Part shown: one piece after another, positions 48,491 to 57,280 of the stretch
Layout: every line of letters starts with the position of its first letter
Numbering within the stretch: the stretch's first letter is position 1
DNA from: Smithellaceae bacterium
GTDB taxonomy: Bacteria; Desulfobacterota; Syntrophia; Syntrophales; Smithellaceae
Assembly: GCA_963667845.2 (NCBI GenBank)
Contig: CAXXVL010000002.1
Coordinates: forward strand, 2,464,001 to 2,528,000
DNA length: 64,000 nucleotides
Direction: 5' to 3'
Made by a program: the position numbers and the translations under genes
Notes under the pieces: model-generated
Told to the model about the DNA's origin: nothing
The model's database searches: none
Seen by the model: the letters and a program-made list of their open reading frames with translations, nothing else

Positions 48491-49663
48491 ATGAATCATC
48501 GCGTATCAAAAAAGGCCGTGCCTGCATGGCTCACAATACTCATCATCATTTTACTTGTGCCCCTCTGTTTCGATCAGGGAGCGCTGGCCGCGCCCGTCCA
48601 GGACAGCGCCCATCCCGCCGCTGCGGCGCTGAAACTTGTCCAGAGCGGCATGGACGCCAGAGCCGCGCTCGACATTTCGGCTGCCGCCACACTGATCGAT
48701 TATGTTCTTGGCGCCAAGCCGTCTAAAGAAAGCGAATTGCCAGCCGCCCAGAAGGCGCCCGGCGCTTACTACGAGTTCGACACGAAGATCGGGTTTGCTG
48801 ATTTTTTGCAGTACTCATACAGCTGCCATATCCCGGCAGTTCTGACCAGCCCTTCGTCGCTGCGCTATTCGTTGTGGAACGGCCAGCCCGGCAAGATGCA
48901 GAAGCTGCCCAGCAACTGGACGTCCATCCCCCGGGACGGCAAACCGACCATTATCCGCGGATTGCAGCGCGACGCCATCACGCCGGACCTTACCACCGGA
49001 GTCTACTATGAATACAATCTGAACAGAACGCTCATCCTGATCAACCACAAGGGACGCCAGGCGTTGATCACGATCTCCAAGCAGGTCAGCGTGTCGGATA
49101 TCGGCAAGAAGGGATTTATTCTGGGGAACGACGACGACTGGAGCTACTACTATTCCGGTGAACCCGGTTCGGCAAAAACGGGCCTGGGATGGGTCAAGTC
49201 GTACATCTATGATTACTTCTCCGTGGCCGTTTATGTGGAAACGGGAGCCCAGCAGCCGGTGGTCCGAACCGGCATCTTCCAGTGGATCCGGGCCGGATGG
49301 AACGGCATTAACTTCGTTCAGCCGGAACATATTCTCAAAGGAATGAAGCGGTACGCGAGAAATTCCAAAGTCATTCTGGAATCGCCCAACCTGCCTGGTC
49401 CTAACCAGGTAGCTCAGGCCTATCAGCGGTTGTCGTCACTTCCCCAGAGCGACCTCCTGGATAAATATACGGCGTTGCAGCAGGCCCGGCAGTCTCTGGC
49501 CGTTCAGAGCGGCAAGATTGACACAAGCAAAATCAAGAAGCAGGACTCCTATGCCGGCACGCCTAAGGAGCAGATTGTCGAAGAATTGATGCTGGAATAT
49601 CTGAAGATCGTCCTGGGCAAGACTACGCTGCTTAGTAAAAAAGTCGCAATGGGCCTGATTTAA
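48491..49663 (+). CDS. Exported hypothetical protein
   Basis: Signal peptide; long ORF with typical codon use; ATG 48491 after AGGAAG. Confidence 0.78.
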   Translation: MNHRVSKKAVPAWLTILIIILLVPLCFDQGALAAPVQDSAHPAAAALKLVQSGMDARAALDISAAATLIDYVLGAKPSKESELPAAQKAPGAYYEFDTKIGFADFLQYSYSCHIPAVLTSPSSLRYSLWNGQPGKMQKLPSNWTSIPRDGKPTIIRGLQRDAITPDLTTGVYYEYNLNRTLILINHKGRQALITISKQVSVSDIGKKGFILGNDDDWSYYYSGEPGSAKTGLGWVKSYIYDYFSVAVYVETGAQQPVVRTGIFQWIRAGWNGINFVQPEHILKGMKRYARNSKVILESPNLPGPNQVAQAYQRLSSLPQSDLLDKYTALQQARQSLAVQSGKIDTSKIKKQDSYAGTPKEQIVEELMLEYLKIVLGKTTLLSKKVAMGLI

Positions 49664-49761
49664 TCCCGCTTAAGCGCGACGAGCGTTAATTCTGTGGCAG
49701 CTGGCTGCGAAATGATGACGTTCATTTCATACCTCGAAAGCTCAGTGCGGGGGTGGGTGAT
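49661..49761 (+). repeat. Dispersed repeat family copy 4
   Basis: TAATCCCGCT...GACGAGCGTTAATTC...GCTGCGAAATGATGACGTTCATTTCATACCTCGA...TGCGGGGTGGGTGATT. Confidence 0.8.
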
Positions 49762-49839
49762 TATTTCGCGGTTGTTGGTGCCTTCTTTTACACCAGTGCG
49801 GCAAAAAGCAAGATCTCAGCGAGACATTGTCGGCTTTTT

Positions 49840-50406
49840 TTATTTGGCGGCAGAGCCCTTTTTCTTCCGCGGCGCGCGGCTTAATTTTTGATATCTTTCC
49901 CGGATCATGCGGATCTCTTGGGCGGGCAGGCCCAGAGATTCCAGAAAATCCTGATGCGCCTCGGGCGACGACGTCTCGAATTCCGTATGCCAGCGCTCCA
50001 TTCCCGCTTCATCCAAACCGGCTTTGCGCAGGTATTTGATCCATTGCTCCTTTGTCAGGACACGCGTCGAACCGGACAGCTTCTTATCATCCAGCAGATT
50101 GAGAATAAAATTTTGCTGCTGGCGCAGACGGCTGATTTCATCATTGATGTCCGCAAGCCGCCGGTGCAGGATTTCCGTCCTGCGCGACGCACCGCCTGCC
50201 AGCAGTTTTCTAATCGCCCTCAAGGGGATGCCGGCGTTTCGCAGCCGGGCTATTTCTTCCATGAGCCGGTAGTCTTCGTCGGTATAAATACGGTAATCCG
50301 CGCCGCTTCTTTCCCGCGGAGATAGAAGACCGATTTTGTCATAATAAAGAAGTGTGCTTCTTGATAATCCGAATTTCGCGGCAATCTCCGAAATGGTGTA
50401 GGTCAT
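49840..50406 (-). CDS. MerR-family transcriptional regulator
   Basis: YTISEIA...SRSTLLYYDKIGLLSP...YRIY; coiled coil; C-terminal W..(L)R.AGL....M.RWH..FE...PEAHQ.FL..LG domain. Start ATG 50406 or 50412. Confidence 0.92.
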   Translation of the reverse strand: MTYTISEIAAKFGLSRSTLLYYDKIGLLSPRERSGADYRIYTDEDYRLMEEIARLRNAGIPLRAIRKLLAGGASRRTEILHRRLADINDEISRLRQQQNFILNLLDDKKLSGSTRVLTKEQWIKYLRKAGLDEAGMERWHTEFETSSPEAHQDFLESLGLPAQEIRMIRERYQKLSRAPRKKKGSAAK

Positions 50407-50540
50407 AGCCATTCCAGAAAGCTTTGATGACCCTGCGGATACTTCTCTTCAAAAAGACGATGCCACTTTCTCATGTCGGCATCCGTCAGTCCGATCTCGC
50501 GAAATAATTCGACCCACTCCAGAACGTTAACTTTGCCCAT
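50403..50540 (-). CDS. Unannotated micro-ORF duplicating the MerR C-terminal domain
   Basis: MGKVNVLEWVELFREIGLTDADMRKWHRLFEEKYPQGHQSFLEWL*. AAGGA RBS; stop overlaps the merR ATG (ATGA). Alternative starts at 50558 and 50570. Confidence 0.7.
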   Translation of the reverse strand: MGKVNVLEWVELFREIGLTDADMRKWHRLFEEKYPQGHQSFLEWL

Positions 50541-50587
50541 CTTTTTTTGTCCTTTCATTATTATTTCCATGGCCGCTGGTAACTGAA

Positions 50588-50618
50588 ACCATAAACTATG
50601 AACTTATAGACGGGTCAA
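50588..50618 (-). promoter_or_regulatory. MerR-type promoter with 19-bp spacer
   Basis: TTGACC-CGTCTATAAGTTCATAGTT (19 bp)-TATGGT, with dyad CTAT-N6-ATAG in the spacer. Confidence 0.7.
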
Positions 50619-50849
50619 GAATTATTATCGGAGAATTAGTTTATTCCCCCCTCTCATGCCCCCGCAGGTTGTGAGGAGAGTGATATTTTTTAAGGCCAAA
50701 TATTTATCGTCTGTTAATTCCCTCGCCCTCGATGGGAGAGGGTTGGGGTGACGGTCAAAATAATTATCTACATCACCTCGGCGCGTGACCTTCAGGTCAT
50801 CTCCGCCCACGGGGCTAAGAAGTATTTTCGTTGGGCATCGAAATATTTC

Positions 50850-50885
50850 TTGACACAACGTGGCAATTTGGCTATATGGCCAAAT
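50850..50885 (+). promoter_or_regulatory. ars operon promoter with ArsR-type inverted repeat
   Basis: TTGACA (50850) - 17 bp - TATATG; IR ATTTGGC-N6-GCCAAAT (50866-50885) straddling the -10. Confidence 0.65.
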
Positions 50886-50904
50886 ACGAAAGGAGATGGT
50901 AGCG

Positions 50905-51237
50905 ATGAAAGAATCCATCAAGCCTCAGTATGAGGCGCGGGCGAAGATCCTCAAGGCCATGGCACATCCCAGCCGTCTGCTGATCATCGAGGAGCTGCAA
51001 AAGCAGGAACGTTGCGTGAACGAACTGACCGACATGGTCGGGGCGGACACGTCCACAGTCTCCAAGCACTTAAGTGTGTTGAAGAACGCCGGGCTGGTCA
51101 CGGATGAAAAAAGGGGCAATTCGATATTTTATCATCTGCGCGTGCCCTGCATTCTGGATTTCATGGGCTGCGTGGAGAATGTGTTGTCGGCCAATGCCAA
51201 AGAACACGCAAATATTCTCAAGTGCTGTAAGAAATAG
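50905..51237 (+). CDS. arsR: ArsR/SmtB-family metalloregulator
   Basis: KAMAHPSRLLI, CVNEL, STVSKHLSVLKNAGLV; C-terminal KCCKK. Confidence 0.9.
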   Translation: MKESIKPQYEARAKILKAMAHPSRLLIIEELQKQERCVNELTDMVGADTSTVSKHLSVLKNAGLVTDEKRGNSIFYHLRVPCILDFMGCVENVLSANAKEHANILKCCKK

Positions 51238-51251
51238 AAGGAGATGTAAAG

Positions 51252-51488
51252 ATGAAAATAGAAATTTTAGGAACCGGCTGCGCCAAATGTCATAAACTCG
51301 ACGAACTTGTCCGGGCTACCGTTAAGGAAACGGGCGTCAATGCCGAGGTCAGCAAAGTCGAAGACATCAAAAAAATCATGGGTTACGGCGTGATGACGAC
51401 GCCCGCACTCGTCATCGACGGGAAGGTCAAAGTTGCCGGCAAAATTCCATCGGTTGAAGAAATTAAACAATTCATCGGCGCCAAATAA
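51252..51488 (+). CDS. Small redox-active disulfide protein (thioredoxin-like)
   Basis: ILGTGCAKC, YGVMTTPALVIDG. Confidence 0.9.
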   Translation: MKIEILGTGCAKCHKLDELVRATVKETGVNAEVSKVEDIKKIMGYGVMTTPALVIDGKVKVAGKIPSVEEIKQFIGAK

Positions 51489-51503
51489 AAAGGAGTAGCC
51501 GCT

Positions 51504-52556
51504 ATGGCTGAATGCTGCACCAACCCCCCTGACAATAGCAAGCCCGATAAGCGAAAGTATATTCCCTTTCTGCTGATACCGCTCGCGATTATCGTTTACA
51601 TATTTTTAGAGCCGGGCGTTGACTTCTTTGTTTATCGCTTGTTGCAGTTGGACAAGTCGGCTCATCTCACGGAAGCCATCCGGTTCTTTCTCTACGACAC
51701 GCCGAAGGTACTTATCCTTCTGACCGTTATTGTGTTTGTCGTGGGGATTATCCGGTCCTATTTTTCACCGGAAAAAACCAGAAAGGCCCTGGAAGGAAAA
51801 CCTTTGTTCATCGGCAATGTCATGGCCGCGTCACTGGGTATTCTGACGCCCTTTTGCACGTGTTCGGCGATACCGCTCTTTATCGGCTTTGTGGAAAGCG
51901 GCATTCCGCTGGGTGTCACCTTTTCGTTTCTGGTCGCCGCACCGATGATTAATGAAGTTGCGCTGGTCCTGCTTTTCGGCCTGTTCGGCTGGAAAACCGC
52001 GTTGCTTTATGCATCAACCGGTTGGCTGATTGCGATCATCTCCGGTTGGGTGATCGGCAGGCTCAAAGTGGAGCGCTACGTTGAAGAATGGGTTTATGAA
52101 ATTAAAACGGGTGATTTTCAAATAGAAGAAGCACATGTGACGTTTCACGATCGGATTCAAGCCGGCTATACGGCTGTTGTGGATATCGTTTCCAAAGTAT
52201 GGATCTACATCGTCGCGGGCATTGCCGTAGGCGCCGCCGTTCACGGCTATGTGCCGGAAAATTTCATGGCCTCCATCATGGGGAAGGAGGCGTGGTGGTC
52301 GGTGCCTCTGGCCGTGGCGATCGGTGTACCTCTTTATTCCAACGCAGCGGGGATCATCCCGATTCTTCAGGCGCTGCTCGAAAAGGGTGCGGCGCTCGGT
52401 ACCGCTCTGGCTTTTATGATGTCCGTCATCGGGCTGTCGCTGCCGGAAATGATCATCCTCAAGAAGGTGATCAAGCTGCCGCTCATTTTCATCTTTATCG
52501 GCGTCGTTGCCACAGGGATAATGATTGTGGGATTTCTGTTTAACTGGATTTACTGA
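51504..52556 (+). CDS. ArsP-like (DUF318) permease
   Basis: FFLYDTPK, TPFCTCSAIP, APMINE, GVPLYSNA, LSLPE; N-terminal MAECC. Confidence 0.88.
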   Translation: MAECCTNPPDNSKPDKRKYIPFLLIPLAIIVYIFLEPGVDFFVYRLLQLDKSAHLTEAIRFFLYDTPKVLILLTVIVFVVGIIRSYFSPEKTRKALEGKPLFIGNVMAASLGILTPFCTCSAIPLFIGFVESGIPLGVTFSFLVAAPMINEVALVLLFGLFGWKTALLYASTGWLIAIISGWVIGRLKVERYVEEWVYEIKTGDFQIEEAHVTFHDRIQAGYTAVVDIVSKVWIYIVAGIAVGAAVHGYVPENFMASIMGKEAWWSVPLAVAIGVPLYSNAAGIIPILQALLEKGAALGTALAFMMSVIGLSLPEMIILKKVIKLPLIFIFIGVVATGIMIVGFLFNWIY

Positions 52557-52625
52557 TGCAAAATGATCAACAAGTGATCCGGCAGGATATCCTGATGGAA
52601 ATATTCAATACTACGGAGGTTGATA

Positions 52626-53423
52626 ATGGGCGAGAAAATAGGAGCAAATGGTCTATCAGTTGGTTTTATCGGCGGCGGCCGGATTACACAGTTTCTTCTC
52701 ACCGCATGGGCGAAGCAGAGTAAATTCCCGGACAAGGTGTGGGTCTCTGACAGCAATGCGGACGTGCTGCAAAATGTGAAGAAGAAATTTTCGCAGATCG
52801 AAACAGTCCTTGCAGATAACAGCAAGCCGTCGTCCGGCGATCTGGTATTTCTCGCGCTGCATCCGCCGGCCATTGCTGCTGTTCTTGATGAAATCAAGGG
52901 TCTTTTGAAGCCAACGGCCATTCTGGTATCTCTGGCGCCGAAAGTCTCCATCGATAAAATATCATCGGCATTGGGCGGCTTCAGCAGAATCGTCCGCATG
53001 ATCCCGAATGCGCCGTCTATTATCAATGAAGGGTATAATCCTGTCTGCTTTGCTCCGGCGATCAGTGAGAGTGACCGGAAGGATCTTTCGCACTTGTTCG
53101 AGATATGGGGTGAAAGCCCGGAAGTGGAAGAAGAAAAACTCGAAGCTTACGCGATCCTTTCCGCCATGGGGCCGACGTACTTCTGGTTCCAGCTTCAAAA
53201 GCTTCGGTCGCTGGGAACTTCCTTCGGCCTGACGCCAAAGGAAACGGATCAGGCCTTGTATGAAATGATCAAGGGGGCGGCAAAGACACTTTTCCAGAGC
53301 GGACTTGCGTATGATGAGGTCGTCAATCTCGTACCCGTGAAGCCGCTTGGCGAAGAAGAGCAGGGCATTCGGCAGATTTATGAAGCACGCCTGACGGGGC
53401 TGTATGCAAAACTGAAAAGCTGA
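52626..53423 (+). CDS. Pyrroline-5-carboxylate reductase-like NAD(P)-binding oxidoreductase
   Basis: GFIGGGR Rossmann motif; RMIPNAPS; AMGPTY. Confidence 0.8.
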   Translation: MGEKIGANGLSVGFIGGGRITQFLLTAWAKQSKFPDKVWVSDSNADVLQNVKKKFSQIETVLADNSKPSSGDLVFLALHPPAIAAVLDEIKGLLKPTAILVSLAPKVSIDKISSALGGFSRIVRMIPNAPSIINEGYNPVCFAPAISESDRKDLSHLFEIWGESPEVEEEKLEAYAILSAMGPTYFWFQLQKLRSLGTSFGLTPKETDQALYEMIKGAAKTLFQSGLAYDEVVNLVPVKPLGEEEQGIRQIYEARLTGLYAKLKS

Positions 53424-53529
53424 TGATCATTCAAGTGCCGATCCGCATAAAAGCATGATTCGTTGGAGAGGCACCATTGTAAGTCAGGAAACGCTGCGAA
53501 CATTGCCGTAAATTGAGGAACGATTAGAC

Positions 53530-54285
53530 TTGTCTGTTACCATTTATATTGTATGTGCGGCATCCGTTTTTCTATTTTCAGGACTCCTCGCTATGGCGGG
53601 GCTTGGCGCCGCTTTTATTTTCGTACCCCTGTTTTACTATCTGGGGGTGCCGCTGGCTGAGGCAGTGCCTACGGCACTTCTGCTCAATGTCGTGAGTTTG
53701 ATGTTTGCGACCGTCAATTATTATCGCGGCGGCATGATAAACTGGCGGATCGGTCTGCCCATCATGATCATGGCGGTTCTGCTCGCGCCTCTGGGCGCTC
53801 ATACGACACCCTTTGTGGACAAACGTCTTTTCCTCGGGATGTTTTCGGCCTTCCTGGTTTTCGCAGGGTGTATGATGCTCTTCTTTAAGCCGACACCACG
53901 CTTGCAGCCGCTCGGTCGGACCATCGAATCCAGCGCAGGGGTTGCAGTCGGTTCTGTGGCCGGATTTCTCGGGGGACTGCTGGGTGTCGGCGGCGGAAAT
54001 TTTATTGTGCCGGTTCTGAATGGGCTGGGTATGGATGCCAAGGTTGCCGCCGGAACCACGGCCATGGTGGTTGTGTTCGCGTCTTTGTCGGGCTTCCTGG
54101 GTCATGTTACCCTGGGTGGACTAAGCCCCGTTTTTCTGGGCGTCATGGCCGTGATGAGCGCGTTGGGCTCCATTGTCGGTTCACAGATGATGAAGACAAA
54201 GATTTCCAGCTCCCAATTGAAAAAGATCATCGGCGTGCTGCTCATGGTGATCGCCGCCAAGATGATTTATGACTTGATCAAATAA
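53530..54285 (+). CDS. TauE/SafE sulfite/sulfur-compound exporter
   Basis: GLGAAFIFVP, GLLGVGGGNFIVP, multi-TM. Confidence 0.85.
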   Translation: MSVTIYIVCAASVFLFSGLLAMAGLGAAFIFVPLFYYLGVPLAEAVPTALLLNVVSLMFATVNYYRGGMINWRIGLPIMIMAVLLAPLGAHTTPFVDKRLFLGMFSAFLVFAGCMMLFFKPTPRLQPLGRTIESSAGVAVGSVAGFLGGLLGVGGGNFIVPVLNGLGMDAKVAAGTTAMVVVFASLSGFLGHVTLGGLSPVFLGVMAVMSALGSIVGSQMMKTKISSSQLKKIIGVLLMVIAAKMIYDLIK

Positions 54286-54397
54286 ACAAATATGGTGGTT
54301 ATTGTGAGGCGAATGCGTTTTGCCGGAGTATGTTGCACGATGCAAATAGGTTGTGACTAAGCAAAATTATTATCAATGACAGAAAAGGAGATACCTT

Positions 54398-54997
54398 ATG
54401 AACGAACTGAAAGAACTCTATGAGCTAGGATTGAAGTTTCACGGCCACAAGTGCCCGGCCATGCCCATGGGCATCAGGGCCGGTCTTGCCGCGCTGAATG
54501 CCCTGGGCGTAAAACGGGCGCAGGACAAGGAACTGGTCGTGGAGGCCGAAACGGGAGAGGGTCATGCCGCGGGCTGTTTTGTCGATGGCATCATGGTCGC
54601 CACCGGCGCCACCTACGGCAAGTCGAATATAAAGAAATTGAACTACAGCAAGATGGCTTTCACGCTCATCGACGCGGTTACGGACCGGGCTGTTCGCGTC
54701 TCGCTCAAGCCGGAGTTTTTCGAAAAGGCTCTGGCATCGCCCTTTGTGCAAAAAAGGAAAGAGGGCGTCCTGCCCCAGGATATTCCGGCGGACATCACCA
54801 ATCCCCAGGTCGACAGGATACTCGCCCTGCCGGATGCCGATTTCCTGAACGTGAGCGAAGTGTTCGTAAGGAAGCTGACCAAAGGCAAGGGGAATTTCGA
54901 GACCAAGAGATGTGCGAAGTGCGGTGAAGCTGTTTTTACGGACAAGTTGAAAGAGGGTGACGGCGGTAAGTTGTTCTGCATCCCATGCAGTCAGTAG
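54398..54997 (+). CDS. FmdE-family protein
   Basis: [30 protein letters not shown]...CIPC. Confidence 0.9.
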   Translation: MNELKELYELGLKFHGHKCPAMPMGIRAGLAALNALGVKRAQDKELVVEAETGEGHAAGCFVDGIMVATGATYGKSNIKKLNYSKMAFTLIDAVTDRAVRVSLKPEFFEKALASPFVQKRKEGVLPQDIPADITNPQVDRILALPDADFLNVSEVFVRKLTKGKGNFETKRCAKCGEAVFTDKLKEGDGGKLFCIPCSQ

Positions 54998-55067
54998 CGC
55001 GAGATAAAATAATCATGGTGAATTAAAAGTAGTCCACTATTCTTATGTTTGAAGGAGATTAGGATAC

Positions 55068-55511
55068 ATGAACTTGTTTTCGAAACAATTGATCACAACC
55101 GTTGTGCTGCTTGCGGCATTTACTTTCATTTCTATTTCAATGGATAGCCTCTCTGCCAGTGCCCAAAGCAATTCCGGTGTATCGACAGAAACAAAGACCG
55201 GTAATAAAGCATTGGCAAAGCGCGATAACGTTTTAGTCACTTTCGTTGAGATCGGTTCGGTGAACTGCATTCCCTGCAAGGCCATGCAGCCGATCATGAA
55301 GGCTGTAGAAGATGAGTACAAGGGGCAGGTGAAAGTAGTGTTTCATGATGTCTGGACATCCAAAGGAAAGCTCGACGCTGCAAAATATAATATCCGGATC
55401 ATTCCCACGCAGGTATTTCTGGACAAAGACGGCAAAGAATATTTCCGGCATGAGGGATACTATCCCAAAGTCGATGTGGTCAGAGTCCTCCAGATGCAGG
55501 GAGTCCGGTAA
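55068..55511 (+). CDS. Exported thioredoxin-family protein
   Basis: Signal peptide; CIPC; IPTQVF; RHEG. Confidence 0.88.
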   Translation: MNLFSKQLITTVVLLAAFTFISISMDSLSASAQSNSGVSTETKTGNKALAKRDNVLVTFVEIGSVNCIPCKAMQPIMKAVEDEYKGQVKVVFHDVWTSKGKLDAAKYNIRIIPTQVFLDKDGKEYFRHEGYYPKVDVVRVLQMQGVR

Positions 55512-56219
55512 ATGATTGTTGATCTGTTTACCTGGCTTTCGCATGCGCTCACGCAGACGCCGGCGATCGCCGTCATCGCCGCATTGATCTGGGGTGTACT
55601 TTCAGTTATTCTGTCACCCTGTCACATCGCGTGCATTCCCCTGATTGTCGGTTTCATTGACGGCCAGGGCAATATCACCACGCGGCGGGCCTTTGGTCTC
55701 TCGTTGCTCTTCGGGTTGGGTATTCTCATTACGATTGGGATGATCGGCCTCATTACCGGCCTTGCCGGAAGGATGATCGGCGACATCGGCGGCTATGGTA
55801 ATTATTTTGTCGCAATTATATTTTTTGCCATCGGTCTTAACTTGCTGGATATTCTGCCGCTGCCTTTTATGGAAGGCGGCGCGAATCCCAATTATCAGCG
55901 GAAGGGATTGCTGGCCGCTTTCGTGCTGGGTCTTTTATTCGGCATTGCACTGGGACCTTGCACGTTTGCTTACATGGCTACGATGCTGGGCGTTGTTTTC
56001 AGTATCGCTTCGACGAAAATTGTTTTTGCGCTTTCGCTTCTTCTGGCATACGGTATCGGACACTGCGCTGTCCTGGTTTTGGCCGGCACTTTTACTGAAG
56101 TCGTCCAGCACTACCTCCGCTGGACGGAAAAGTCGAGAGGTGCGCTGATCCTGAAAAAGATTTGCGGCGTCCTGGTGGTTTTGGCTGGTGTCTATCTGAT
56201 TGCACTGAACTGGATTTAA
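55512..56219 (+). CDS. ccdA: CcdA/DsbD transmembrane disulfide-transfer protein
   Basis: ILSPCHIACIP and GPCT motifs; 6 TM. Confidence 0.85.
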   Translation: MIVDLFTWLSHALTQTPAIAVIAALIWGVLSVILSPCHIACIPLIVGFIDGQGNITTRRAFGLSLLFGLGILITIGMIGLITGLAGRMIGDIGGYGNYFVAIIFFAIGLNLLDILPLPFMEGGANPNYQRKGLLAAFVLGLLFGIALGPCTFAYMATMLGVVFSIASTKIVFALSLLLAYGIGHCAVLVLAGTFTEVVQHYLRWTEKSRGALILKKICGVLVVLAGVYLIALNWI

Positions 56220-56234
56220 AGCATTGACGGGAAG

Positions 56235-56654
56235 ATGATGAAACGAAGGGTCTTGTTTTTATGCACCGCGAACTCCTGCCGCTCACAGATGGCAGAGGGT
56301 ATGGCCAATTGTTTCTTCGGCGATCGGGTTGAGGCATTTTCCGCCGGCACTCAGGCCTCTTTTGTTAACCCGACGGCGATTGAAGTGCTGAAAGAAATCG
56401 GCGTTGATATTTCAAACCATCAATCCAAGGTTCTTTCGGTATTCGATGGACAGCGTTTTGATGATGTGATCACGCTTTGCGGCAGCGCGAATGAAGTCTG
56501 CCCGCTGTATATCGGAGGGACGAAAAGGACGCATCTCGGCTTTGACGATCCGGCCAAGACTAGCGGCACGAAGGAGGAAGTCCTGGGCGAGTTCCGCCGT
56601 GTGCGCGATGAAATAAGAAAAGAGTTGGCATTATTATTTTCCGGCAAAGATTGA
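56235..56654 (+). CDS. arsC: Thioredoxin-dependent arsenate reductase (LMW-PTP fold)
   Basis: CTANSCRSQMAEG, ITLC...CP, FDDP, FRRVRDEI. Confidence 0.92.
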   Translation: MMKRRVLFLCTANSCRSQMAEGMANCFFGDRVEAFSAGTQASFVNPTAIEVLKEIGVDISNHQSKVLSVFDGQRFDDVITLCGSANEVCPLYIGGTKRTHLGFDDPAKTSGTKEEVLGEFRRVRDEIRKELALLFSGKD

Positions 56655-56682
56655 TCGATATTCAGAACGGGAGTATAAATCC

Positions 56683-57195
56683 ATGCAGGCAAAGATCAGT
56701 CAAATCAGTGTAGGCGGTCATCTCACGGGAGTCGTCGGTCTTGATGAAGCCCTGAGCGAAGTGGCGGGGTCATTAAAGAAAGATGCCGGCGAGACCGAAA
56801 TTGCCCGGGAGATCATGCGCTGGATTGCCGAAAAGAATTATATTCCCGACAAACTGCTGCCGGCTTATAGTGCGGCTGTCATCCGGGAATACAAAAAATA
56901 TCTGGGGCAGGCTGTCGAGGAAGAACGATCTGATGAGTTGCGGGTTGTCATTTTAGGCCCCGGCTGTTACCAGTGCACGTCTCTGGAAACAGGGGTGCGG
57001 GATATCATGGCCGAAATGAATCTGGCAGGAGATCTGGAGCACGTAACCGATGTGCAGGAAATTGCCCGGTACGGCGTTATAGGGGTCCCGGCTCTCGTGA
57101 TCAATAAGAAAATCGTTTCCACGGGCGTTGTCCCGGACAAGAAAAAAATCCGCGAGTGGCTTGCGGAAGCGGCGGGGCAATGCGGCATGAAATAA
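56683..57195 (+). CDS. Thioredoxin-like protein with N-terminal extension
   Basis: N-terminal NYIP-containing domain; C-terminal LGPGCYQC, YGVIGVPALVIN. Confidence 0.82.
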   Translation: MQAKISQISVGGHLTGVVGLDEALSEVAGSLKKDAGETEIAREIMRWIAEKNYIPDKLLPAYSAAVIREYKKYLGQAVEEERSDELRVVILGPGCYQCTSLETGVRDIMAEMNLAGDLEHVTDVQEIARYGVIGVPALVINKKIVSTGVVPDKKKIREWLAEAAGQCGMK

Positions 57196-57280
57196 TCATT
57201 CTATAGAAAGCAGGTTCGCTCTATATTATTTTATGGGCTGCATAAAAAGAGACACCATCGAAGAAAGGAGAATTCCAAAA

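Noticed and set aside
50640..50760. ORF 50625..50921 or an ncRNA between merR and arsR
   Set aside because: The sequence consists of degenerate CCCTC/GGGAGAGGG palindromic repeat fragments and divergent promoters; there is no coding signal.
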